From: a virus
Direction: 5' to 3' (one strand)
IMG/VR virus record: IMGVR_UViG_3300009085_000028
Span: 6,394-70,393 of that record
DNA length: 64,000 nucleotides
The translations under genes and the position numbers were made by a program. Under the pieces are notes generated by a model. It was not told the origin of the DNA. It worked only from the letters and a program-made list of their open reading frames with translations, and made no database searches. This document shows positions 47,165 through 56,720 of the stretch, one piece after another; the first letter of the stretch is position 1; each line of letters opens with the position of its first letter.

Positions 47165-48715
47165 ATGGCATTAGTAGAACGTGTAACACATGAAGATTTA
47201 TTATTGTATGAGATACTTAGAAATCCAATACTTTGCACAGAGTTCCTAGAGAACTTTGATAAATTACCTACAGAAGAACCATTTGAATTAACTTGGTATC
47301 AAAAAGATATTCTAGGAGATTTCAATAGTTACATTTCTATAATTGCTGGACGTTCAGCAGGTAAAACAGTTTCTCTAGTTTCTATTATTCGTTGGATCTT
47401 AATTTATAAAGTATTTCCTACGGATTATATTGTTTACTTGGTTCCGAGTAAGGTGCATCTTGAACCGGTGTGGTCAGGCTTGGTTAGAACATTTAGATCG
47501 AATACACTTCTAAAACATTTCATTGCTCCTAATTCTGGTATCAATTCAAGCGACTTTAAAATAACCCTGCTAAATCAATCCGTGCTGTTATGTCGTATTG
47601 CTGGTCAAACCGGTACAGGCGTTAGCGTCATCGGTCTACACACACCATTCTTTATGGTAGACGAAAGTGGTTATCAGCCTTGGGGATCATGGATTGAACT
47701 TCAGCCAACAATCAATACCTTTACTCCTGGATTTAGATTGATGGTATCGGGCGTTCCAGATGGGCGTAGAGAGAATTCTGTTTGCTATCATTGTGACCAA
47801 GAGAACTCTAGTTATTCCAAACATAGAATAAGCTCCGATATGAACCCTCGTCTAACAGAGGATGATCGACAACGAGCAGTTGAACAATACGGTGGGGATG
47901 ACTCAGACGATTTCATTCACCTGTGGAAAGCTCAACACGGCAAACCTGTTTTCGCATTATTTGATAGAAACTCTTTCGCTTTTAATAGTGATCCGGTGTA
48001 CAAGCTAGTACTTAATGGTATTCAACTAGCTGATAATATTTCCGAGTATGTTTCTAGGGTGAGACTATTTCCAGGATTACCGGACAGAAGTGATCCAGTT
48101 ATTATGGGAGTAGACCTAGGTTATACTGAACCAACTGCAATTGTTATTTTATATTTAGATCGTTTGGGAAGATTGCGCTTTCATGGTAGGATTAGATTAG
48201 AAAAGGTTTCATTCCCTGTTCAAAAAGGTTTCATTGATGAGCTAGATTCTAAATTCAATCCTGTTATTATTGGCGTTGACCGGGGTGGTGTTGGTATTCC
48301 AGTGACACAAGACTTGCTAGAGAACCTAGACTACGCACACAAGGACTACCAAAAAAGATTGATACCGATTGATTTTTCTTCATCGTTAGTTATTGGTATT
48401 GATACAGAGGGTAATGAAATAAAATCTAAAACAAAGCCGTTTGCTACTTCAATTCTACAAGAGTACGCAAACAATCACAAGCTAGTCTTTACCCATACAG
48501 ATCTTGAAATGGTATCAGAACTAGAAAGAATGACCTATACAAAAACTCCTACGGGAGACATTGTATATAGAACGATGACAAACAAAGGTGGTAAAAAAGG
48601 CGAAGACCACTTTACTTCTGCATTACTATGTGCAGTATTAGCCTACTATCTCAAAAACGATTTTATGTCTTATAAGCCTCAAACGGTAAGGCTTGCAAGA
48701 CCTGGCTGGTTTTAA
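47165..48715 (+). CDS. terL: Terminase large subunit
   Basis: Walker A GRSAGKT, Walker B MVDE, coupling motif SGVP, nuclease GVDLG, VDRGG and DH. Confidence 0.9.
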   Translation: MALVERVTHEDLLLYEILRNPILCTEFLENFDKLPTEEPFELTWYQKDILGDFNSYISIIAGRSAGKTVSLVSIIRWILIYKVFPTDYIVYLVPSKVHLEPVWSGLVRTFRSNTLLKHFIAPNSGINSSDFKITLLNQSVLLCRIAGQTGTGVSVIGLHTPFFMVDESGYQPWGSWIELQPTINTFTPGFRLMVSGVPDGRRENSVCYHCDQENSSYSKHRISSDMNPRLTEDDRQRAVEQYGGDDSDDFIHLWKAQHGKPVFALFDRNSFAFNSDPVYKLVLNGIQLADNISEYVSRVRLFPGLPDRSDPVIMGVDLGYTEPTAIVILYLDRLGRLRFHGRIRLEKVSFPVQKGFIDELDSKFNPVIIGVDRGGVGIPVTQDLLENLDYAHKDYQKRLIPIDFSSSLVIGIDTEGNEIKSKTKPFATSILQEYANNHKLVFTHTDLEMVSELERMTYTKTPTGDIVYRTMTNKGGKKGEDHFTSALLCAVLAYYLKNDFMSYKPQTVRLARPGWF

Positions 48716-48718
48716 ACT

Positions 48719-50290
48719 ATGGAAATCAAAGCACAATCAGAATCTAATGTACAAGATCCAAATGCACAGCAGTTTATTACGTTAGCAAAAGCTGCTATTA
48801 ATACATTGAGTGGTGGAACAGCGTCAAACCCCTGGACACCATCTGATGTAGATAAACTTGAGATTGATACTCCTGATTATGTTAAACTTATCAAGGCTTG
48901 TAGATTCTTCTACAAGAAAGATCCACTCGTTTCTTCTACAATAAACAAGCTAGTAGAAGTTGGTATCAACAAACTTGAGTTTAATAAAAACGGTTTATCA
49001 GAAAACGAATTCAGAATTTTCACTTCTATGAAAGATATGCTAGAAGAATTTGCTGAAGTCATGGCGCTAGAATTTTTAATTTCTGGTTTGGTTGTACCAG
49101 AAATTAAATATGCTAGGGCAGATAAGAATACAATAAAACAATTAGGTATCAAGAAGTACGATACTCTAATTCTACCTGCTACTATGTTTATTAGAGATCC
49201 AGAAACGATCAAGATTAAACAGAGTCCATTTGCAGACAAGCCATCTTATTTCCTAAAAATTCCAGCAGAACTTATTTACTTTATTATGAATAATGGTAAG
49301 TACTCTGATGGTACACAGGATAAGCAGGCTTGGGAAATGTTACTTGCACTTTATCCAGAGTTTGTAGCACTCGTAAGAAGTGGAAAGAAAGAAATTCCAA
49401 TAGAAGATGATCATCTAATATTCCGCAGAAAGGTACAACCAAATGATCCATATCCAGTTCCTTATTTATCCGCTGCTCTAGAATCTCTAAAGCACAAAAG
49501 AAATCTAAGAAGAATGGATTATGCAATTGCCTCTAGAGTTATTGGAGCAATTCAACTATTCAAACTAGGGAGTGATGAATTCCCTGTTACAGAAGATAAT
49601 GCTGAAGATCAGTTTGGTGCTATCAAAGATCAAATGCTTTGGCGTGATTATTCTGGAAAAGATATAGAAAGAATTTTCCAATTGTTTGCTAACCATACAC
49701 TAAACATTGAGTGGGTTGTTCCAGACACACAGGCAATGCTAGATGAACAAAAATACATCAGCGTAAATCAGGACATTATCTATGCACTTGGTTTTCCAAG
49801 AGTATTGATTACTGGTGAAGCTGAAAAGACAGGTACCAGTGATCCTCAGTATGCCATGATGAGTCCATCTAGAACTATGGAGAACTTTAGAAAGCGCGTA
49901 CTAGATGTACTACAGGATATTGTAGATCAGGTAGCCGAACAGAATAAACTAAAGTCTTCTCCTGAACTTAAGTTCAAGCCTCTAACTCTATTCGATCACG
50001 CTACACTTCTAAAGAGTCTAGCCGATCTATACAATGCTGGTAATATTTCTAGACATACCTACGCTTCTGAACTTGGCTACAATTGGGATGACGAAGCAGA
50101 ACTTAGAAAGGCAGAACAAGAAAAGATTACTGAGATGGGTATTGATGCTTTTGCTCCAAGACCATTTAGCAATCAACCTGGGCAAGAAGGCGGAGAGCAA
50201 GGTCCAAAAGATGCTGCTCCTGATAAGACTAATAAATCAAAGCCTAGTAACGTAAATAACAATTCCAATAACAAGAATGGTGACAATTAA
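48719..50290 (+). CDS. Portal protein
   Basis: Follows terL; 523 aa; CRFFYKKDPLV; low-complexity C-terminus. Confidence 0.8.
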   Translation: MEIKAQSESNVQDPNAQQFITLAKAAINTLSGGTASNPWTPSDVDKLEIDTPDYVKLIKACRFFYKKDPLVSSTINKLVEVGINKLEFNKNGLSENEFRIFTSMKDMLEEFAEVMALEFLISGLVVPEIKYARADKNTIKQLGIKKYDTLILPATMFIRDPETIKIKQSPFADKPSYFLKIPAELIYFIMNNGKYSDGTQDKQAWEMLLALYPEFVALVRSGKKEIPIEDDHLIFRRKVQPNDPYPVPYLSAALESLKHKRNLRRMDYAIASRVIGAIQLFKLGSDEFPVTEDNAEDQFGAIKDQMLWRDYSGKDIERIFQLFANHTLNIEWVVPDTQAMLDEQKYISVNQDIIYALGFPRVLITGEAEKTGTSDPQYAMMSPSRTMENFRKRVLDVLQDIVDQVAEQNKLKSSPELKFKPLTLFDHATLLKSLADLYNAGNISRHTYASELGYNWDDEAELRKAEQEKITEMGIDAFAPRPFSNQPGQEGGEQGPKDAAPDKTNKSKPSNVNNNSNNKNGDN

Positions 50291-50298
50291 TGTAATAT

Positions 50299-50343
50299 TG
50301 GGTCATTATTTTAGTTTTATGGTATAATATTAATATATAATGA
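50299..50343 (+). promoter_or_regulatory. Candidate phage late promoter, copy 2
   Basis: TGGGTCAT-18 nt-TATAATTAATATATAATGA. Confidence 0.6.
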
Positions 50344-50369
50344 TGAAACAATCATTTTATAGAGGTATA

Positions 50370-51368
50370 ATGGACAGTGTAAATTTTGACATTAAAGAAT
50401 TCGAATTTGTTACCGATGGAGATGGCGAGGGGGAAGCTTTTGCTTCCGTCTCCTTGAACCCCACCTTCCGTTGGTGCAAGTTCGTACTAACAGATGATTT
50501 ACCAAATGCTAATAGACAACGAATTCCGCAAGAGGAGTTTGATAATCTTATTAGAACAGGCATTAATGCTCCAATCAAAATGGCCGCAGGAGAGATCAAG
50601 CAAGGCCACGATAACTCCATCCCGCTAGGAGTTATCACCCACCTAAAGAGAGAAAACAATTATGTGAAGGGGTTGGCTGCATTATGGTCGCTCGAAAGGC
50701 CGGAGGACGTTGAACTAATCAAGCAACGTTATGACGAAGGCAAGCCATTAAATCTTTCTTGGGAAGTTCTTTATAGTGATGCTGAAGTAGATGAAAGTGG
50801 CGTAACTGCTCTGCGCAATACTGCTCTAAGGGCTACTACTTTTGTAGGTATGCCTGCATATGCTGGAAGAACACCTATCCTAGAAGTTGCTTCAGTCAAG
50901 GAGGGAACCCAGGAGGAAACAGATTCTAATTTGGAGGATACTAAGTTGGAAGAACTAGAACAACTAAAGGCGCAGGTTGAAGAACTAACCGCCTCGCTTG
51001 CTCAGAAGTCTAGTGAACTTGATGAACTAAAGGCGCAATTTGATGCTATCAATGCTGAAAAAGAAACCTTAGCTGCGTTCAAGAAACAGATTGATGATGC
51101 AAAAGCTGAGGAAGAAAAGTTCTCTGCAATTAAAGTTAAATTTCAAGAAGCAGGTTTAGAAAGAACAGAAGATTATTTCTCTGGCAATCGTGATAAATTA
51201 CTAGCCCTCGATGAAGGCGCACTTGAATTCATGATCCAAGATCTAGTTGCTTTTGCCGCTTCACAGAAGGTTGCTGAAAGTAAATCTTCAGTGATCCTTC
51301 CCCCACTCAGTAATAACAATGACAAGATTGATCCAAAAGATCTTGGTCGAAGACTTCGCAATAGATAA
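50370..51368 (+). CDS. Prohead protease-scaffold protein
   Basis: PNANRQRI, GH...LG, LSWE, FVGMPAY; coiled-coil C-terminal half. Confidence 0.75.
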   Translation: MDSVNFDIKEFEFVTDGDGEGEAFASVSLNPTFRWCKFVLTDDLPNANRQRIPQEEFDNLIRTGINAPIKMAAGEIKQGHDNSIPLGVITHLKRENNYVKGLAALWSLERPEDVELIKQRYDEGKPLNLSWEVLYSDAEVDESGVTALRNTALRATTFVGMPAYAGRTPILEVASVKEGTQEETDSNLEDTKLEELEQLKAQVEELTASLAQKSSELDELKAQFDAINAEKETLAAFKKQIDDAKAEEEKFSAIKVKFQEAGLERTEDYFSGNRDKLLALDEGALEFMIQDLVAFAASQKVAESKSSVILPPLSNNNDKIDPKDLGRRLRNR

Positions 51369-51384
51369 TAGGAGTTTAAAATAA

Positions 51385-51960
51385 ATGGAGATCAATAAAG
51401 TTAATGGCGACATCAAAGGTGTCGTGCTAACTCAAGATATTGTTGAAGGGCGCTTTGTATGTCTAACCAGCCACAGTTTCAATGCTGACTTCGGTTCTCA
51501 GACCGACCTACCAGGCGTAAAGCTTCCTACCACAGCAGATGAAGCTAAGCGCGCTCGTTTCATTCTAACCTGGGCAGTAGACAATCGCACACCCCCATAC
51601 TACAATCCTCAACCAGCTTATGCTTGGTCACTAAGACGCGGTGGATTTGGTGGAGCAGCTAATGTTCCATTCTCCGCAACTGTTTGGCTAACCTATCCTG
51701 GCTATCAGGACGGTGTAACAATTCCTTCCGGTACCTCAGCTCTAGCTTTTGGTGCTGGAACATTTACTGTACCATCCGGTGCATATGTTTATAACGCCAG
51801 CCTACAGACTCCAGGGGCAGCCCTCGCAGTTTCGTACTCGGGCGCTTACGCAGGTATGTTGGAATATACAGCCACTTGGGATGCTTCCGTTGTTGTAGCA
51901 GTTGTTGATGAATACAATAGCTCAACCGGGGATTTGACTGTTTCAACCAGAGAGTTCTAA
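51385..51960 (+). CDS. Capsid decoration/cement protein
   Basis: Lies between scaffold and capsid genes; beta-rich. Confidence 0.6.
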   Translation: MEINKVNGDIKGVVLTQDIVEGRFVCLTSHSFNADFGSQTDLPGVKLPTTADEAKRARFILTWAVDNRTPPYYNPQPAYAWSLRRGGFGGAANVPFSATVWLTYPGYQDGVTIPSGTSALAFGAGTFTVPSGAYVYNASLQTPGAALAVSYSGAYAGMLEYTATWDASVVVAVVDEYNSSTGDLTVSTREF

Positions 51961-51985
51961 TAAATAAGTGGAGGCTTTTTAAAAC

Positions 51986-52888
51986 ATGGATGCTGAACTA
52001 AAGCAATCAGTTGCTTCTCTAATGAAAGATGCAAAACAGAGAGAAGCTTTTTCTGAAATGATGGTTGAATATATCGACCCTCAGCACATTACTACAGACT
52101 TTGTAGGTCTACTTCTAAATGCACGCGCTATGAAACCCGGTGACTCACTTGTGAAGAAAGTTCGCAAGGGCATTAGAGTTCACACTCTAGTTCCTGGATC
52201 GATCCCACTATCCAGTGAAATCACTGTGTCAGAACGCATGAACTACATTCTCGATGGTAGCATCGTGAGTGTAACTGCTAATGAATGGGAACTACAATCA
52301 GGTGAACTTGGCACCGTTGATAGCATTCGCAATGAAATGCAAGCTAAGCTACGTGACCACTTCATGAATAAAGTATTCACCGCCCTAACCACAATCTGGA
52401 CCGCTGTGAATACTCCTAGTAACTTTACCAATATCGGTTCCTCAGTAACCAAGACAGCGCTTGATGATATGATTGAACACATCAATCAGACTACACCAGG
52501 GGCTAAGGCTATTGTTGGTACTCGCGCTGCTCTACAGCCCATCATGGCATTTGTTGGTTGGGATAGTTTCTCATCGACCAATGCAATGATTGATGGTATT
52601 GCTGAAGAACTCCGCAGAACCGGTTGGGTTGGTCAATATCTTGGTGTACCACTAGTGGTAGTTCGCCAGGAATATGACAATCCAGAAGATTACAACAAAC
52701 TAATTCCAGAAGACAAGATCCTAGTTATTGGCGAAAATGTTGGTGAATTTGTCACCTTCGGTGGACCACAGGCAAGTGAATGGACTGATCCAAAACCAGT
52801 TCCTCCACAGTGGTACTTCCGCCTCTACCAGCAATATGGTATGATTATCGACAATGCTCAGGGTATTGGTGTTCTAAAGGTTGCATAA
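51986..52888 (+). CDS. Major capsid protein
   Basis: Position, 300 aa, GQYLGVPLV and QQYG motifs, strong codon bias, followed by a terminator. Confidence 0.8.
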   Translation: MDAELKQSVASLMKDAKQREAFSEMMVEYIDPQHITTDFVGLLLNARAMKPGDSLVKKVRKGIRVHTLVPGSIPLSSEITVSERMNYILDGSIVSVTANEWELQSGELGTVDSIRNEMQAKLRDHFMNKVFTALTTIWTAVNTPSNFTNIGSSVTKTALDDMIEHINQTTPGAKAIVGTRAALQPIMAFVGWDSFSSTNAMIDGIAEELRRTGWVGQYLGVPLVVVRQEYDNPEDYNKLIPEDKILVIGENVGEFVTFGGPQASEWTDPKPVPPQWYFRLYQQYGMIIDNAQGIGVLKVA

Positions 52889-52906
52889 TTTATTTCGGTA
52901 AGTTTG

Positions 52907-52950
52907 AAAAGGGGCGGGTATTTTTTGAAAACGCCCGCCCCTTTTTATTT
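52907..52950 (+). terminator. Rho-independent terminator
   Basis: GGGGCGGGT...GCCCGCCCC-TTTTTATTT. Confidence 0.85.
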
Positions 52951-52978
52951 TAAATAAAAGAAAGGAATTTTCTAAGGT

Positions 52979-53476
52979 ATGAATAAACAATATGATCCAG
53001 AAGTTTTCTCTGCTATGCAAACTGGTGATCCAGTAGCTACATATCAGAAAACTATTTTGGCAAAGGTTAGTATTTTGGTTTTGAATCCATTTACAGGCGC
53101 ACCAGAAGAACTACTCTTATACGGTAAACCTGGGGAAGAAGAATCAATTATTAGAACTTGGTCAGTAGCGGAAGATGTTTTCTTCAAGCGAATGAATAAA
53201 AGACATTTTACTAGTGGCGTTATTATCAAGAAAGAATCAACTCAGGTAGTGGAAGAAACCACTTCTCTGGAACAATCTAGTGATGAAGATCTACTAAAAG
53301 TTGTGAACAGTAAATTCTATGCCCTTCAAAGTGTTCTAAATAAAACTGAATCAGAAGCACTAGTAAATAGAATTCTGACTATTGCCAGGGAACAGGAAAA
53401 ATCTGAGAAAATTATTAAAGCAATTGAAACTCGCTTGGCTGAGATTCAGTCTGCTCAACTCCCTTCAATGGAATAA
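52979..53476 (+). CDS. Hypothetical protein (head-associated)
   Basis: Position after the capsid gene. Confidence 0.65.
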   Translation: MNKQYDPEVFSAMQTGDPVATYQKTILAKVSILVLNPFTGAPEELLLYGKPGEEESIIRTWSVAEDVFFKRMNKRHFTSGVIIKKESTQVVEETTSLEQSSDEDLLKVVNSKFYALQSVLNKTESEALVNRILTIAREQEKSEKIIKAIETRLAEIQSAQLPSME

Positions 53477-53483
53477 TAGATAA

Positions 53484-53990
53484 ATGGCAACTACGACACT
53501 AGATTACCTAATACCAGAATTGAGACTTAAGATAGGAGACTTTACTGAACCCTATCGCTATTTGGATCAATGGTTAATTGTGGCATTGAATCTTGGCGCT
53601 AAAAAACTTCAACGGTATAACAAATCGAAATACCTAATTGATTCAAGTAATCTAGTTTCAAGAAATCCAAATAGTTTAATGTTTAGCACAGATGAAGCTA
53701 CTGAGGGAGTAATTGAAAAGAAGGATGAATATATTTTTATTGTTATGGCAGCCTTTATTATTCTAGAAGGATCTTTAGAGAATTCTGCCTGGACAACAAC
53801 TTCTTGGAGAGACGCAGAAATTAGTTTCAGTAACTTAGAATCTGGAAGACTAAAAGAAGGTGGGCTAGAAAGAATGATGAAAGAATTAGATGATCTTCTA
53901 CTAGCTCCTACAAAACGTTTAGCTACTCCTGAGAAACAATCTCTCCCAGGATATTTGAATAACGATTACGAGAGAACAGGAGATTATTAA
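53484..53990 (+). CDS. Head-tail adaptor
   Basis: LRLKIGD motif typical of connectors; position. Confidence 0.6.
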   Translation: MATTTLDYLIPELRLKIGDFTEPYRYLDQWLIVALNLGAKKLQRYNKSKYLIDSSNLVSRNPNSLMFSTDEATEGVIEKKDEYIFIVMAAFIILEGSLENSAWTTTSWRDAEISFSNLESGRLKEGGLERMMKELDDLLLAPTKRLATPEKQSLPGYLNNDYERTGDY

Positions 53991-53991
53991 T

Positions 53992-54255
53992 ATGCAATTA
54001 AGTGGTCAAATTACAGTTTTACAAACTTCCACTAAAGGACCAGACGTTAGTGGAAATATGTTCTTACTAAAGCCACACCCATCCAATACTGTAACTGTGT
54101 GGGTTGGTAATGTGGATAATGTTGTTACATCTGGCAATGGCTATCCAATAGCTTATGATGCTTCACCAATCATAGTACAAATAACTAATTTAGAGAGTTT
54201 ATATTTTCTAAGTGGGAGTACAGGACAAAAGATTTGTTGGCTAATATTGGAGTAA
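53992..54255 (+). CDS. Small beta-rich virion protein
   Basis: PSNTVTVWVG..NGYP..NLESLY. Confidence 0.55.
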   Translation: MQLSGQITVLQTSTKGPDVSGNMFLLKPHPSNTVTVWVGNVDNVVTSGNGYPIAYDASPIIVQITNLESLYFLSGSTGQKICWLILE

Positions 54256-54261
54256 AATAGT

Positions 54262-55950
54262 ATGAACAAGAAACGCTTACTACCAATAGTAGCTAATAAT
54301 ATACTAACAACAACTCCGATCAGTTGGTTGTTACGAGATGAATTTTTAACTAATCTACCGGCAAGTGGTATAAATAATACACCAGCAGAGCCGGGACCAG
54401 GAACAAGAACTGTCATTGATACTAATAATATAATTAGTATAAATTCAGGAAACTTAATTATTAATGGAACTTCGGCGGCAGGTGATAGATTTTACTTGGA
54501 TGGGATTACACGAACAGCAGGAAGAATTTTATTCTTTACCGTACCAGTAAATACTAGTCATGCTACTAATAGCACAGATACAATTGGTTGGGCAAATGCT
54601 ACTGCTGCGGGGTCAGTGGGGCACGCAATTGACACATCAACTGCATCAGGAAATTTTGTTGCAAGAGATAATGGTACTGCTGCGGGTCCGGTTATGATTT
54701 CCCAAGCACTTCCTTGGAAAATTGCTATTGTACTGAGAAGTTCCGGTGCATTTTGGTTTTATAAAGGCGAATCAACAGGCAATAAGTGGGTCTTTCTTTG
54801 GTTATCTTCGCTAAACAACAGCGCAACAATGTATCCAAAAATAAATATGAGCGCTGCCAATGCAAAAAATTGGCAAGCAGGTTATTTTAGAGTTCCACTT
54901 AATGTGTGGCTACCAACCCCACTTGCATCTGATTCCTTTAATCGCTCTAACGGTGCATTGGGTAGTACAGATGGTGCGGCACATGCAGAGGCAAATGGTG
55001 GTGGTGGGTTGGCGTGGACAGGAGGTTCAACTTGGTCTATCAGCGGGAATAAGGTAATAAATACCCCCACACAAGGGATCGACACAGTTCTAAACGGAGG
55101 AATGGAAGATGGTGATCCTCCTACAAGTTGGGTCGCACTAAATACCCCCGTAACCCACGAAAGATCGAATGTACAGGCGCACAGTGGTTCTTATAGTGTA
55201 CATGTTGTTACAGATGGCAACAGTGAAGGAACCCTTCAAGCTAATGTAACCCCCACTCAAAAGACTTGGTATTATTTTTCTTTATGGATGTACCGCGTTA
55301 ATGGTTATACTTACACAACCGCTGGTAATTATAATTTCTTGAGTCCAACATTAAATACATGGGTAAATTTAAGGGGAGTTTTTAATAGTGGAACCTCGGT
55401 CAACTTTGGTGTTGGCAATGACGGAACAACCACTGGTGAAATGTATATAGATGATGTGGTTGTAAAACCTCTCAATATAGCTGAACTGTTTTCGGGTCTA
55501 GTTACCGGATCTTCGGATGTTATTTCTGATGTAAATATAACTATTGCAAATACATCTCAAACACACTACCCAACCGGAATGGTTTTATGCTTGGACAATC
55601 CAAATAATCCGCTGAATTATATTGTTGCCTATGTTGGTGGCGACTCTGCTGGTGGAAGCTCTGCGACTCTTGCAAAATGCATAGATGGCGTAATAACCAA
55701 CTTGGTTAATGGTGCCATTACTCCTGTTGCCAATGCCACTTTAAGAGTTATTAAAAACGGACAAAACATATCTATTTATTATAACAGTGTCATAGTGGGA
55801 ACGGTTCAAACTGTTGGCGACAATGCGATTATAAACAATAAAATTCATGGAATGTTTGCGACTCATCCAGATAACTCCCTAGATAGCTACGCTTGTTGGG
55901 CAATCGGAAGCGAAGGGCAATATTCTCTACTTGATAAATACACAAAATAA
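54262..55950 (+). CDS. Carbohydrate-binding/lectin-domain virion protein (fibre or spike candidate)
   Basis: CBM4/9-like NGGMEDG..W...AHSGSYS...MYIDDV; DSFNRSNGALG; G/T/N/S-rich. Confidence 0.65.
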   Translation: MNKKRLLPIVANNILTTTPISWLLRDEFLTNLPASGINNTPAEPGPGTRTVIDTNNIISINSGNLIINGTSAAGDRFYLDGITRTAGRILFFTVPVNTSHATNSTDTIGWANATAAGSVGHAIDTSTASGNFVARDNGTAAGPVMISQALPWKIAIVLRSSGAFWFYKGESTGNKWVFLWLSSLNNSATMYPKINMSAANAKNWQAGYFRVPLNVWLPTPLASDSFNRSNGALGSTDGAAHAEANGGGGLAWTGGSTWSISGNKVINTPTQGIDTVLNGGMEDGDPPTSWVALNTPVTHERSNVQAHSGSYSVHVVTDGNSEGTLQANVTPTQKTWYYFSLWMYRVNGYTYTTAGNYNFLSPTLNTWVNLRGVFNSGTSVNFGVGNDGTTTGEMYIDDVVVKPLNIAELFSGLVTGSSDVISDVNITIANTSQTHYPTGMVLCLDNPNNPLNYIVAYVGGDSAGGSSATLAKCIDGVITNLVNGAITPVANATLRVIKNGQNISIYYNSVIVGTVQTVGDNAIINNKIHGMFATHPDNSLDSYACWAIGSEGQYSLLDKYTK

Positions 55951-55962
55951 GGGATTTTTATT

Positions 55963-56400
55963 ATGCCAAAATGTTTGATGGTTTTACCGTTCTCAAATGG
56001 AAATATTTCCACTGATTTATCTAGGGTGGCAAGTTGGGTGATTGGCAGTTATGCTCCTCCCCCCGCTGGAACAGCGCCATATGTTTTAGTTTGGCTAGAT
56101 GCCGATCAAACAGTAATTAATACCCTAACGGCAAGGACAGACTGTTTGTTTATCTGCAATAGAAATGATGATGGATCGTTTGAAACCGCCAATATAATGG
56201 CAACGGCAAGAAACGCTGTAAGAACGAAGATAGCCAACATGGGCTTTACTGGTTCTCAATATGGTCTTCTCAATGCCGCAATTCAATCAAGTCAAAATAG
56301 AACGGAGTTAGCTTACGCGCTTGCAACAAAAGCATTTTTTAGAGATGCAGATAAAACTCCTATGACACAAGAAGATGTTATGGGAACAAGACAAGGATAA
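55963..56400 (+). CDS. Hypothetical protein
   Basis: Operon-packed ORF. Confidence 0.6.
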   Translation: MPKCLMVLPFSNGNISTDLSRVASWVIGSYAPPPAGTAPYVLVWLDADQTVINTLTARTDCLFICNRNDDGSFETANIMATARNAVRTKIANMGFTGSQYGLLNAAIQSSQNRTELAYALATKAFFRDADKTPMTQEDVMGTRQG

Positions 56401-56402
56401 TA

Positions 56403-56705
56403 ATGGATTGGTTAACTTTATTAAATGTTATTATTTTAATTTTATCGGACGAAAGCAAGCACTTCTTATTGGCCTTATTTTCGGGGCTGTTGGGGTACTG
56501 CTTGACTTCGATCATGTTGTTTGCGCCCTATTGGGTTTATCTCCGTTTGACCCGCAAAGTGGAAGTTTCGGCTGTCGTTTATTTCATGCTATTTATAGCG
56601 ACGCTAGCTGGTATTTGCTTTGCGGTACAATCGCATATTTACTTGGATGGTTTATCTACATGGCTTACAAAACCATTAGGACCAGGACTTAATATTATAC
56701 AGTAA
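56403..56705 (+). CDS. Membrane protein (holin candidate); fully overlapped by a second hydrophobic ORF at 56375..56692
   Basis: AAGGA RBS; 2-3 TM segments. Confidence 0.5.
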   Translation: MDWLTLLNVIILILSDESKHFLLALFSGLLGYCLTSIMLFAPYWVYLRLTRKVEVSAVVYFMLFIATLAGICFAVQSHIYLDGLSTWLTKPLGPGLNIIQ

Positions 56706-56720
56706 CGAAAGGATTAAATA

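Noticed and set aside
12076-48715. Introns, inteins or homing endonucleases in nrdJ, dnaB, recA, polA or terL
   Set aside because: All are of normal length with contiguous motifs.
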